48,024 nucleotides of DNA from an uncultured archaeon (GTDB lineage Archaea > Thermoplasmatota > Penumbrarchaeia > JASLWR01): contig CAYFHS010000032.1 in NCBI GenBank assembly GCA_964342815.1, positions 1 to 48,024 on the forward strand, given 5' to 3'. This document shows positions 1-9,900 of this stretch, piece after piece. The notes under the pieces were generated by a model. It saw nothing but the letters and a program-made list of their open reading frames with translations. It was not told the DNA's origin and did no database searches. Both the position numbers and the translations under genes were made by a program. Position 1 is the stretch's first letter, and each line of letters starts with the position of its first letter.

Positions 1-1256
1 CCGGAATATGTTTCTTTTTCCCTATTGTATGGACCTCCTATTAATAAATCAGAATATCCGTCCCCATTGACATCTCCCGCTTTGGATACAGAGTTTCCGG
101 CCTGATCATATCTTGTCGTACCTTCGAATGATGCTTCAGCATCAGATGTGTCTCCGTCTTTAATCCATCCGTCCGGTTTTCCAAAGATGAGATAGGATTT
201 GCCAATGCGACCTGTGTCCTGATCCCTGTCTTCATGGTGATCCGCACCTATCAAACCGTCATCATAACCATCGCCGTTCACATCGCCTACGAACGCTACC
301 GAGCATCCAGAGGCTTCATTGCGTTTTACTCCAATCCAGGAAGCGTTTGCTGTTGCCAGGTTTGTACCTTGTTGCCAACCAAAAGGCTTCCCGAAAACAA
401 CATATGACTTGCCCGCTGGCGTACCGCCGATATTTCCTCCATCTTCATTTTGGCGTGCACCAAAGAGGATGTCATCATACTTATCCCCATTCATATCACC
501 GTTGCAGCTCAGACTCCTCCCTGCTTGGTCACCCCCGGTTTCGCCGGTAAAGGAGGCATCTGCATTGGATAGTAACAGGTTCTGTTTCCACCCGGATGCT
601 CTACCAAATATCACATAGATGGTTCCATTACCTGCTGTTGTTGATATCAGAAAATCACCATAGCCATCCCCGTTCACATCTCCCCCACCGGCAATTCCAG
701 AGCCTACATAATCATTGGCCTTTACTCCAATAAAGGATGCGTCGGCAGTTGAAAGACTTACATCCTTCCTCCAACCCGATTTCTTTCCTAAAATAAGATA
801 GACCTTTCCCACATACTGATCTTGCCCATTATTATAACGTCCAGCCCTTACCAGAAGATCGCAGTATCCGTCTCCATTGACATCACCAACCCCTGTAACT
901 CTATCTCCAGCATAGTCGTTTTGATTTTCGCCGATGAATGATGCATCTGCGTTGGAATTGTCGATATTCTTATCCCATCCCGAACTTTTTCCAAAAAAGA
1001 TATATGTTTTCCCAAAATTATTTGAATCTGAACCAACACCTATCATAATGTCATCGAAACCGTCACCGTTTACGTCTCCCAGGATGGCCATGGAGCCAAA
1101 TTCTTTGTCCATTGTGATGGTTACATGAGCATTTATTAAATTCATTTCCTTTGATATATTGAGAGCTTGTGCAGGTGGAAATACTAATGGAGGTAGTAGA
1201 AATAACACATTCATCAGGAGAATGGAGCTTATCAGAAGCGCTTGCCCTTTTTTCAT
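1..1256 (-). CDS. Secreted FG-GAP (integrin alpha beta-propeller-like) repeat protein; 3' end runs off the window
   Basis: Manual translation from ATG at 1256 gives MKKGQALLISSILLMNVLFLLPPLVFPPAQA (signal-like), then six GD(V/M)NGD(G/K)(F/Y)xD motifs with GKxYxxFG segments. No stop before base 1, which is probably why the ORF track omits it. Confidence 0.9.
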   Translation of the reverse strand, partial: MKKGQALLISSILLMNVLFLLPPLVFPPAQALNISKEMNLINAHVTITMDKEFGSMAILGDVNGDGFDDIMIGVGSDSNNFGKTYIFFGKSSGWDKNIDNSNADASFIGENQNDYAGDRVTGVGDVNGDGYCDLLVRAGRYNNGQDQYVGKVYLILGKKSGWRKDVSLSTADASFIGVKANDYVGSGIAGGGDVNGDGYGDFLISTTAGNGTIYVIFGRASGWKQNLLLSNADASFTGETGGDQAGRSLSCNGDMNGDKYDDILFGARQNEDGGNIGGTPAGKSYVVFGKPFGWQQGTNLATANASWIGVKRNEASGCSVAFVGDVNGDGYDDGLIGADHHEDRDQDTGRIGKSYLIFGKPDGWIKDGDTSDAEASFEGTTRYDQAGNSVSKAGDVNGDGYSDLLIGGPYNREKETYS

Positions 1257-1443
1257 TTATACACCGATCTGTGACTATTTTAGAATTATGCCGTAATAAT
1301 ATATCTATTCTTATATGGATTTTACCCTTTATTTCGGGGAAGTTGGAAGAATTTTATACAACTCATATTTCCCTTTCTTATTGCTAGATCCTTATACAGC
1401 GCTTACGCAAACAATAATAATATAAAGTACGTTCAGGGGACCG

Positions 1444-2346
1444 ATGGCTCCGAAAAAATTTTCCATCATCGCCAATCCATTCGCGGGAAAGCTCGATGTG
1501 AAGGATCGAGTATCCTATCTGACAACCGAGCTGAAACGGTCCAATTTACTTTATAAAACGTATTATACGAATGCGCCTCTCCATGCCCATGAGATTGCCA
1601 AGGACGTATCGAAGAAAAGCTCGGCAGTTCTGGTTGTGGGTGGGGACGGTACTATAAACGAGGTAATAAGCGGTATGATGGAATGCGGCGGTAGGGCGAA
1701 AATCGGAATCATACCGTCGGGCTCAGGAAACGATCTTATTAAACCGCTTCTCATAAGCCAAAACATCGAAAAGAGCGTATCCACGATCATAAATGGTACT
1801 GCTAAAAAGATCGACGTGGGACGCTGCAACGACCGGTATTTTATAAATATAATGGGTGTGGGTTTCGATGCTGCCGTTGGTGCAAGGATGCACTATCTTC
1901 GCTGCAATGCAAAAACGAAGAAAGGAAAATCATTCTATTCGAAAGCTCTTTTTCATACCATCATGCACTACAAGAGCATTCCTCTCAAGGTCAAAGTGGA
2001 CGGAAAAAAATACGGGAAAAAATATTTTCTGGTGAGCATCGCGAACGGTACCACTTTCGGCGGCGATTTCGTGATAGCTCCAATGGCGGATATTTGTGAC
2101 GGCTCCCTCTGTCTGGTCAGTATCGAATCCATCTCGAAACTTAGGTTCTTCATGCATCTCAATAAGGTGAAAAAAGGTAAAGTTCTAACCGTGCCTGAAG
2201 TGGATTATACAAAATGCAAAAAGGTTTCCATTCGTTCCGATACCGAGATAGCGGCTCAGCTGGACGGCGAGTACTATTGTGCGAAAGAGTTTGATATTTC
2301 GGTTATTCCCGGTGGATTGGAGGTATTTGTCCCATCAAAACTATAA
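1444..2346 (+). CDS. Diacylglycerol kinase-family (YegS/BmrU-like) lipid kinase
   Basis: NPxAG, GGDGTINEV, GIIPxGSGND, NGTTFGG and QLDGE motifs. Confidence 0.92.
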   Translation: MAPKKFSIIANPFAGKLDVKDRVSYLTTELKRSNLLYKTYYTNAPLHAHEIAKDVSKKSSAVLVVGGDGTINEVISGMMECGGRAKIGIIPSGSGNDLIKPLLISQNIEKSVSTIINGTAKKIDVGRCNDRYFINIMGVGFDAAVGARMHYLRCNAKTKKGKSFYSKALFHTIMHYKSIPLKVKVDGKKYGKKYFLVSIANGTTFGGDFVIAPMADICDGSLCLVSIESISKLRFFMHLNKVKKGKVLTVPEVDYTKCKKVSIRSDTEIAAQLDGEYYCAKEFDISVIPGGLEVFVPSKL

Positions 2347-2384
2347 AAAAACTGAGACATTTGATTTTAAGGCATATACTTTCG

Positions 2385-2582
2385 AGGCCCGTGAGCTATA
2401 GGCAAACACGGCTTTCGTTTACGAAACTCAAATAATTATCAGGATGCAAAGCGTAGGCCCAGTCCTACCCAGGGGAGCGAAGGTCCGCCGCTGGAGGAAT
2501 TTTCAGGGTGTTACCATCCCCTAACCCCCACCCTGAGCCCTGTGCTGGCTCGCGCCTTCCCCCCCTCGCCTGCTCGGGCTCA
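2385..2582. other. GC-rich structured intergenic element (candidate ncRNA or MITE-like element)
   Basis: Inverted repeats at 2389-2411, 2413-2426, 2453-2468, 2493-2500/2529-2536, 2535-2540/2576-2581 and 2547-2556. No ORF. Confidence 0.4.
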
Positions 2583-2632
2583 TAAACTATCTTGATTGTA
2601 TCTATTTCTCTTTTGGGAAATATTATCGTATT

Positions 2633-2666
2633 GGGCCTGCGTTAGCTGGAGCGCGCAGGCCCTTTT
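2633..2666 (+). terminator. GC-rich hairpin followed by a T run
   Basis: gggcctgcg (2633-2641) pairs with cgcaggccc (2654-2662), followed by tttt. Confidence 0.4.
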
Positions 2667-2671
2667 ATATA
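2664..2671 (+). promoter_or_regulatory. Putative archaeal TATA box for the ARMT1 gene
   Basis: TTTATATA about 55 nt upstream of the start; GAAGGAG RBS at 2714-2720. Confidence 0.3.
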
Positions 2672-2726
2672 GAGATTACATTAATAACTGATTTCGTCGT
2701 TCAGGCGAGCTAGCGAAGGAGTGAAT

Positions 2727-3617
2727 ATGAAGATCACCACAACATGCGTCCCATGTCTTCTCGAACGGATCCGGTACCAGTCCGAATTAAAAGATAAAAA
2801 TAACGGACCGGATATCATAAAGGAGTGCCTCGAAATTCTTTCACGCGGATACGATCCCTCTGTTTGCTCTGCTGAACTGGCCACCATCGTACACAAGAAA
2901 AGCCACGACATGCTGGGTTTCGATCCATACTATGAGATGAAGGAGGAGAGCAACCGGGTGGCAGCCTCACTTATACCACGAGCCAGGGATTTCATCCGGA
3001 ACAGCCAGGATCCCATTGAAGCGGCAGTCGTGGTCTCGGTTGTCGGCAACGTGATGGATTTTGGAATATCCGATAAGTGGAAATCTCCCTCCACCCTCTC
3101 GGAAAATTTCGATTTATTACTGTCGGAAGGTCTCGGCCACAACGACCTCCACCAAATCGAACCCTATTTGAGTAAAGGAAAAAAAATAATTTATTTTACC
3201 GATAACTGCGGCGAAGTGGTACTGGACAGCTTACTTCTGGAACATCTCAGGGAATGCGGCAGTCGTGTTGTACTGGTTGTAAAGGGAGAGCCGATACTTA
3301 CCGACGCCACCATGAAAGACGTGGAAGAATTCAAACTCGCGGAAGTCGTGGATCGAGTGCTTACAACCGGAGTTTTTGCCGTAGGATTGGACATGCTGAA
3401 CATTCCTGCTGACCTGCTCAATGAGCTAAATTCGGCAGACCTGATAATATCCAAGGGAATGGCGAATTTCGAGGCCTTTTCGGAAAAAATTCTTACTCCC
3501 ACAGCATTTCTTTTACGGACCAAGTGCCTACCGGTGGCCAGCGCCCTGGGCCTGCCTGTTGAGATAAATGCCGCCAAACTGGTTCTGCCCGGATGGGTGC
3601 CGGAAAATGATCATTGA
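2727..3617 (+). CDS. Damage-control phosphatase, ARMT1/DUF89 family
   Basis: CxxC near the N-terminus; GNVMD, DNCGE and KGMANFE motifs. ATG 2727 is preferred over GTG 2721 on RBS spacing. Confidence 0.92.
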   Translation: MKITTTCVPCLLERIRYQSELKDKNNGPDIIKECLEILSRGYDPSVCSAELATIVHKKSHDMLGFDPYYEMKEESNRVAASLIPRARDFIRNSQDPIEAAVVVSVVGNVMDFGISDKWKSPSTLSENFDLLLSEGLGHNDLHQIEPYLSKGKKIIYFTDNCGEVVLDSLLLEHLRECGSRVVLVVKGEPILTDATMKDVEEFKLAEVVDRVLTTGVFAVGLDMLNIPADLLNELNSADLIISKGMANFEAFSEKILTPTAFLLRTKCLPVASALGLPVEINAAKLVLPGWVPENDH

Positions 3618-4591
3618 GTTAAGCTTTTCTTAAAGTCCATGCTTTCCCACATTAGAACCGTCTCGGTTACGAAATTGAAACAGTAAAAAGCCCATTTCAT
3701 GTTGATCCACCGCTCGTCCAGATAGTCCGAGATCGTTATGGATACGCCGCTTTCATCATCGTCGTTTATCATTACCGTGGGTATGATCTTTTCGAAGATC
3801 TTGTACTTTTTAAGATCCACCTGCAGGGCCATTAGTATGAAATTGTAATCCTGGAACTTGTAATACAGTGTCTCGGGGGAATCCAGAAAGAACATAGCGG
3901 TGGAAAGCTCCTGACGCTCCATAAGATAATTCAGCTTCTGCCTCTGTTTCTCAAGTGAAACGGAAAAGGCCAGAGCGCATCTCTTTATTGCTTCCTTGAA
4001 CTCACCTTCATCTATATCGGCAAGGCATCTTACAAGCTGGTTTCTGATCTGTTCGTTTTCTATGATGAGATGATAATCCATGAACCTAAGGGGCACCTTG
4101 AACACGTCCTCGCTGGTATGCTCGAGAAGCTTAGCAATCCTTTCCTGAAAGTTAGTGAGAACCTCCTTTGCAGGTATTACTTTCGTGGATTGAACCTCTT
4201 TTCTGAGAAGATAAATCGGAATGATGTTCTTAAGTCCGGCGGGCTCTCTCCCGTATCGGTCCCCGTATTCTTTTATAATAGCAAGTATCTCCGCCTTCAT
4301 GTGAGAAACCGAATCGTCACCCACTGAACGCAGTCTTTTCTTTTCGGTCAGAATGTCGGCAGTTTGGATGTTCAATTTATCGCTCAAGATTTCCTTGATG
4401 GTCTTTCCAGTTCGGTACAGGTTCTCGAGAGCTCCCAGGTTATCTCCAATGAGATTTCCTCTAAGGTCTCGGGCTGTGTTGTTCAAGAACTTCTTGCTGT
4501 TGCAGAATTTCTTCAGAGCGATAACCGATTTAGTCATCATCATCCCAAGAATGAAATCCTTGAATGTTAAAACTTTTGCGGATTTTTGCAT
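3611..4591 (-). CDS. Hypothetical protein (mostly helical; start uncertain)
   Basis: 326-codon ORF filling the gap between two real genes; no confident family motif. Confidence 0.7.
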   Translation of the reverse strand: MQKSAKVLTFKDFILGMMMTKSVIALKKFCNSKKFLNNTARDLRGNLIGDNLGALENLYRTGKTIKEILSDKLNIQTADILTEKKRLRSVGDDSVSHMKAEILAIIKEYGDRYGREPAGLKNIIPIYLLRKEVQSTKVIPAKEVLTNFQERIAKLLEHTSEDVFKVPLRFMDYHLIIENEQIRNQLVRCLADIDEGEFKEAIKRCALAFSVSLEKQRQKLNYLMERQELSTAMFFLDSPETLYYKFQDYNFILMALQVDLKKYKIFEKIIPTVMINDDDESGVSITISDYLDERWINMKWAFYCFNFVTETVLMWESMDFKKSLTQ

Positions 4592-4678
4592 TTATTCGTA
4601 TCGGTATTCACAGGGTCTACGCAATCGCCGAAAAAGTTGGGATAATGTTTTATACAACCGAATATTAATGACTCTCGC

Positions 4679-5956
4679 ATGCCGGATGATAGCGACGGGA
4701 TCGTGTCCGTCACGACCCGCGGTATAAAAATGATTTTTTTGTCCGTCCTTGTTGGGGCTCTGGCGGTTCCCATCATTATCTCGCTTACATGGCTTACGGG
4801 GGAATATTTCGCCCTGGTTTCTCAGGCCGATTTTCTTTCACCCTATCTTGGCAGAGCTTGGATCGTTCCTCCCATGCTGCTTGGCGGTCTTATTGTGGGG
4901 CTTATCGTACATCGGCTGGCACCCGAAGCGGAGGGACCAGGCGCTCATATTGTCATCGCAGCCTTTCATAAAAGGGAAGGAAAACTGAGAAGACGTACAG
5001 GTATTATAAAATACATTGCCACAATAATTACTGTTGGCTCTGGAAGTCCCAACGGCCTTGTCAGTCCGTCCACCCTTCTTGGGAATTCTGTTTCCGGTTA
5101 CGTGGAAAGGTTTCTGGAGATAGATGATGATTCCCGCAAGACGCTGGCTCTCTGCGGTATGGCAGCAGCTCTATCGGCACTTCTGGGCGCTCCCCTTGGT
5201 GCAGCCGTGTTCGCCGTGGAAGTGGTATATGGAGACCGCATACTGTATCGAAGGTTTTTCTACTGCCTCATATCGAGCATCGCCGCATACCTTCTGGCAT
5301 TATGGGTCGGTTTCCGAACCACTTTTCTATACTTGGCCGGCTCACTTCCTGAACTAAGCCCGGAGATAATGCTTTACGTGTTTGTAACCGCGATTGTCGT
5401 CACGGTCCTGAACATTCTCTATATCCGTTTATATCAGAATATACACGATTTTTTTCTCTCCTGGTCGTGGAAAAGCCGCAACTGGCTCGAGCCGTCCATG
5501 GGCATGCTGATTGCAGCTGTCCTAATGGCCCCGTTGTTCACCACCATGAGATCCATGGGCGTTGTGGGCGGTGGATACGCCGGCATTATAGAATCCACGG
5601 ACCTCCATATCATTACTCTAACTGGTGTTATCCTAACCGTTATAATTGCTACCGCCTTCATTACAGGAACCGGAGGAAGTGGGGGCCTTTTTATGCCAAT
5701 TATGTTCATCGGCAATCTGATGGGGCTCCTCATCGCGTCGGTCACCTCGTTTCCTCACCCGGTGATACTAGCAGCAGTGGGAATAAGCGCATCTCTCTGT
5801 ACTACACTCAACATTCCGTTGGCTTCGGCTCTTATCTCCATAGAACTTTTTGGCCCAATCGCCGTTCTTCCGTCCATAGTGGGCGCCCTCATCGGTTACA
5901 TTCTCGGAAAAAAATATACCATTTACCATGAGATCCGGTGGAATAAACTAAGATGA
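4679..5956 (+). CDS. ClC-family chloride channel/transporter-like membrane protein without CBS domains
   Basis: Multi-TM protein with G(M)AAALSALLGAPLGAAVFAVE, GGSGGLFMP and P(L)ASALISIEL motifs typical of ClC. Confidence 0.88.
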   Translation: MPDDSDGIVSVTTRGIKMIFLSVLVGALAVPIIISLTWLTGEYFALVSQADFLSPYLGRAWIVPPMLLGGLIVGLIVHRLAPEAEGPGAHIVIAAFHKREGKLRRRTGIIKYIATIITVGSGSPNGLVSPSTLLGNSVSGYVERFLEIDDDSRKTLALCGMAAALSALLGAPLGAAVFAVEVVYGDRILYRRFFYCLISSIAAYLLALWVGFRTTFLYLAGSLPELSPEIMLYVFVTAIVVTVLNILYIRLYQNIHDFFLSWSWKSRNWLEPSMGMLIAAVLMAPLFTTMRSMGVVGGGYAGIIESTDLHIITLTGVILTVIIATAFITGTGGSGGLFMPIMFIGNLMGLLIASVTSFPHPVILAAVGISASLCTTLNIPLASALISIELFGPIAVLPSIVGALIGYILGKKYTIYHEIRWNKLR

Positions 5957-5980
5957 TCGGCGGATTGCGTAATGGAAAAT

Positions 5981-6793
5981 TCAATATTGTCCATTTACTA
6001 TTTTTTTCAGCAACTTCTTTGCATCCGAATAGCGGTGGAACTTCTTCTCGTCCTTGTGGAAATCACCTGTATGTACCCACGTCTTGTTTCCTTTAATTAC
6101 TTCACCGTGTTTTATGTGGAGGAGCTCGTGGTACAAAATATATTCGACCAGATACTTTGGTATCTCCGGCGAGTCCAGTAATTTTGAGACCACGACCGTG
6201 TGATGGTACCGGTCATAATGGCCGAATCTTCGCTTTGCCCGTCTTTTCGACCATCCCAGCACCGGTAATGAAAAATCCTCAGGGAAATACTGTTCTTTTA
6301 CCTTCTGCGCGATTTCCTTGAGATCATATTTTTCCCCTATGGGTGGCAAAATATCTTTTCCACTTCCCCTCTCCCGCCTGATGGCCTTCCATTTTCTCAT
6401 CACCTCAGGGTGTTGGGTGAACCCCTTGTAAAGCCTTTCATCGGCGGTGGTGTTCTTCCGGTTAAGATAATGTCTCAGCATTTTTCTACATACTGCCCTG
6501 AACACATTCGGGCTTGCCATGAGATATATGTCACAGATCTTAAAGATAATTAGACCTCGTCTCTCCCTTATGGTATATTTAATGGTGGAATATTCGTACA
6601 ACATCAATTTCGCTTTTCCCCTGTCAATGGACCTGAAACGCTTGAGTTCTTCCGAAAATAACTTAATAATATTCTTTAAATTCATCGTTTTGGCTGAGAC
6701 GATATCGTCAATTATGTTTTCATTTTTTGATTTCCACTTTATTCTATCCTTCTCCCCTATGGGAAAAAAATCATAGAGAACGGTATTTTTCAA
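5981..6793 (-). CDS. SprT-like/YgjP (DUF45, M48-like) zinc metalloprotease-domain protein
   Basis: WSxRxxxRRFGHY, LDSPxIPxYLVEYILYHELLH and HxxxF motifs. Confidence 0.85.
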   Translation of the reverse strand: MKNTVLYDFFPIGEKDRIKWKSKNENIIDDIVSAKTMNLKNIIKLFSEELKRFRSIDRGKAKLMLYEYSTIKYTIRERRGLIIFKICDIYLMASPNVFRAVCRKMLRHYLNRKNTTADERLYKGFTQHPEVMRKWKAIRRERGSGKDILPPIGEKYDLKEIAQKVKEQYFPEDFSLPVLGWSKRRAKRRFGHYDRYHHTVVVSKLLDSPEIPKYLVEYILYHELLHIKHGEVIKGNKTWVHTGDFHKDEKKFHRYSDAKKLLKKIVNGQY

Positions 6794-6956
6794 ACGATAT
6801 CACCTGACTGGACTATCTAGTCGCGGGAATTGTTTGGAAATATGTATATGGGTGGTTTTACATACATGAACAGCACATCTATAAATAAGATAAATACTGA
6901 TATTGTATAGTCGGTTTTTATTATTATTGGAGTATTTCAAAGCAAAGGTGAATACT

Positions 6957-9900
6957 ATGAGAGGCCAAATGTTCAGCGTCCTGATAGGAATCGTGGTGAT
7001 ATTGGGAGCTTTACCCTATATTGATATTTTTCCGCAAGAGCCATCCCGACACCATGAATTCGATAAAACCCCATATGATAATATCATACCCGGAGTGGAC
7101 AGCGATGGGGATGGTCTGGGGGATGATCAGGAAACGCCGGATAAGATCGGAACGGATCCTTACAATCCTGATACCGATCAGGATGGTATTGGTGACGGGG
7201 TTGAATATGAATATTGGAATGCTAAAATGGCCGAGGTCAGGACTGCAATACCCGTGTGGGCGCAGGAGAGATACTCTGATGAACATCCATCCGATATAAT
7301 CGAGAGATTCGGACCCAAGGGGAACCTCGACGATGACAATCTTAGCAACATACTGGATCCCGATTCCGATGGTGACGGGATTGATGATGGTAAGGAGCTC
7401 AGCATTGGAACGGACCCTGCAGATCCCGATTCGGACAACGATGGTATTATAGATGGACGTGAAATAGATGAAGGGACTGATCCAACAAGTTCCGAGGATT
7501 CTGATTTCGACGGCTTACCGGATGACTGGGAGGAGCTATACGGTGTAGATGATCCCAATGCGGACCCGGACCATGATGACAAAACGAACTTGGAGGAATT
7601 CCTGGAGGGTACCGACCCCACCCGCGCCGGGAACGGAACATCTACCATGGGCGACCGACTCCCATCGGTCAAGGACCCTTTCTATGATTCGAATTATAAT
7701 AAAAAATTGTTTTTCATTGAACCCGAGACCGATCCGTCATACTGGAGAATGCAGACATATGACGCTTATGAGGGGACTTATTGGAATAATTCGCTGGTTT
7801 CCAGAGAGAAGTATCTGGGCGGTGTCCTTGACGTGGATCCGCTCTTGGTTGAAACGACCAATATCAAGAACTTCCGCCTGATGTTCTGGGGAAGCTCCAG
7901 GGGTTATCTCCCAACCGCACAGAACACAAATATCCTATTCAACGTGACCTTTTCCACCTCCAACGCAACAAATGAGATATATAGGGATCAAGCCAATAAT
8001 TTCTATTCTCCCGATTATGTTGTCTCCTACCAGTTTTCTCAAAAGGAATTTATCTATTCAAGGGAAACCCTAATGAATTCTACCGTACCGGTTTCAGCCG
8101 AGATGCAGTCCCTCCTCCATGTACCGAATTCCACCAAGCAAACCTTGACACAGGAGTTTATTCCATCCATTCCCAATATTCAGGACCGCCCTTACCAGCG
8201 TGCGTTGAATATCATAAAGTACCTTGATGAGAATTTTTTATATAATATATCTACTTCAATGGATCCGGATCGAGACTGGGTCACCCAGTTCCTCTTCGAG
8301 ACGAAGGAGGGGAAATGTACTGATTTTGCAACAGCCTTCGTTTTATTGGCAAGGTGCCTGAACTTACCTGCCAGAGTGGTTGTTGGTTTCACGCCGGGTA
8401 ACATGGAGAATGGTTACCGAATAATAAGGGAAGGACACCGCCATGCCTGGGCCGAGGTGCTGTTCAACGAACTAGGTTGGATTGGTTTCGAAACAACCCC
8501 GTACAACAACGCTCTCACGGGAGGTACCGGCGTAAATTCCGATGGATATGATCCCTCCATTCACACATGGGATGATTCACCTGCTGACGGGCACGGTACA
8601 AACAAGGGCAAGGAAAAGAACAAGACCAGGGACAGTGATAAAGACGGTCTGACCGACTACGACGAGAACAATCTCTATCATACGGACCCGCTAAACCCGG
8701 ACTCGGACGGTGAGGGACTCTCCGATGGTGCGGAAGTGCTGGACAACCATACCGATCCCAATAACGCGGATACCGATAATGACGGCCTGAACGATTACGA
8801 AGAACTCTACGAATACGGAACGAATCCATTGAACCCGGACTCGGACAGCGACGGCCTCATGGACGGTGAAGAGCGCGACTACGGAACAGATCCACTGGAT
8901 CCGGATACGGATAATGACCGGCTGATCGATATACTGGAAGTTAGGTATTATCATACAAATCCCCTGTCGAACGACACAGACGGGGACCAGATCCTAGACT
9001 GGGAGGAGCTTTTCTGGGGTTCCGATAAGACCATCACGGATCCTTTGCGCGCGGACACCGACGGCGACAGCCTGAACGATTACAATGAAATACATGAGAA
9101 CCGCACGGACCCCCTTGACCCTGATTCAGACCGCGACCGCATCCATGATGGCGATGAGATCGATATCTACAAGACGAATCCTCTTAACCCGGACTCAGAT
9201 GGAGACGGTGTATGGGACGGTTACGAGGTGTTTTTCCATTTCACGAATCCGACGGAGTTAGATACCGACGGTGATGGTTTCAGCGATGGAAGGGAGCTTT
9301 GGTTCAAACTTGATCCCCTGTTGGACCTGGGTGAATCGTTACCCCTCGATACCGATACGGACGGTATACCTGATTATATGGAGGAAATATTGGGAACCGA
9401 TTATCTGATCCCGGACAGCGATGGTGACGGTATCGGGGACGGTATCGAAGTATTTTCCTATTTCATGGATCCCTTAAGGAACGATACCGATGATGATGGG
9501 ATCCTGGACAGCGTGGAACTTTTCACCACTTTCACTGTTCCCCACCTTGCCGACAGCGATGGTGACGGCCTGTCTGATCGCGACGAGGTTTATATCTTTG
9601 ATACCAATCCCAATTTTCCCGATACCGACCTCGATGGACTGCCGGACGGGGCTGAATCCAATCTGAACGGAACCGATCCAAAAAAGAAAGATACCGACGA
9701 TGGATTTGTCCCTGACGGAAGCGAAACATGGAACGGTCTTGATCCAATTGTGAGGGGGGATGATCGGAGTATAGTTGACAGCGACAATGACGGACTCACC
9801 GATGCCCAGGAACTGGTATTGAATACCGATCCATCGAATAAGGACAGCGACGGCGATGGTCTCATAGACGGTGAAGAGGCGTATGTTTATCACACGGAGC

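Noticed and set aside
2400-2470. c-di-GMP-I riboswitch (GGCAAAC...GGATGCAAAGC)
   Set aside because: The two short motifs resemble the consensus, but the GNRA-capped P2 between them and the P1/P3 pairing do not form. Likely coincidence.
2385-2720. RNase P or SRP RNA
   Set aside because: GGAGGAATTTTC only loosely resembles RNase P CR-I, and no CR-V (ACAGAA...GCTTA) follows. No SRP helix-8 motif or Alu UGUNR motif was seen on either strand.
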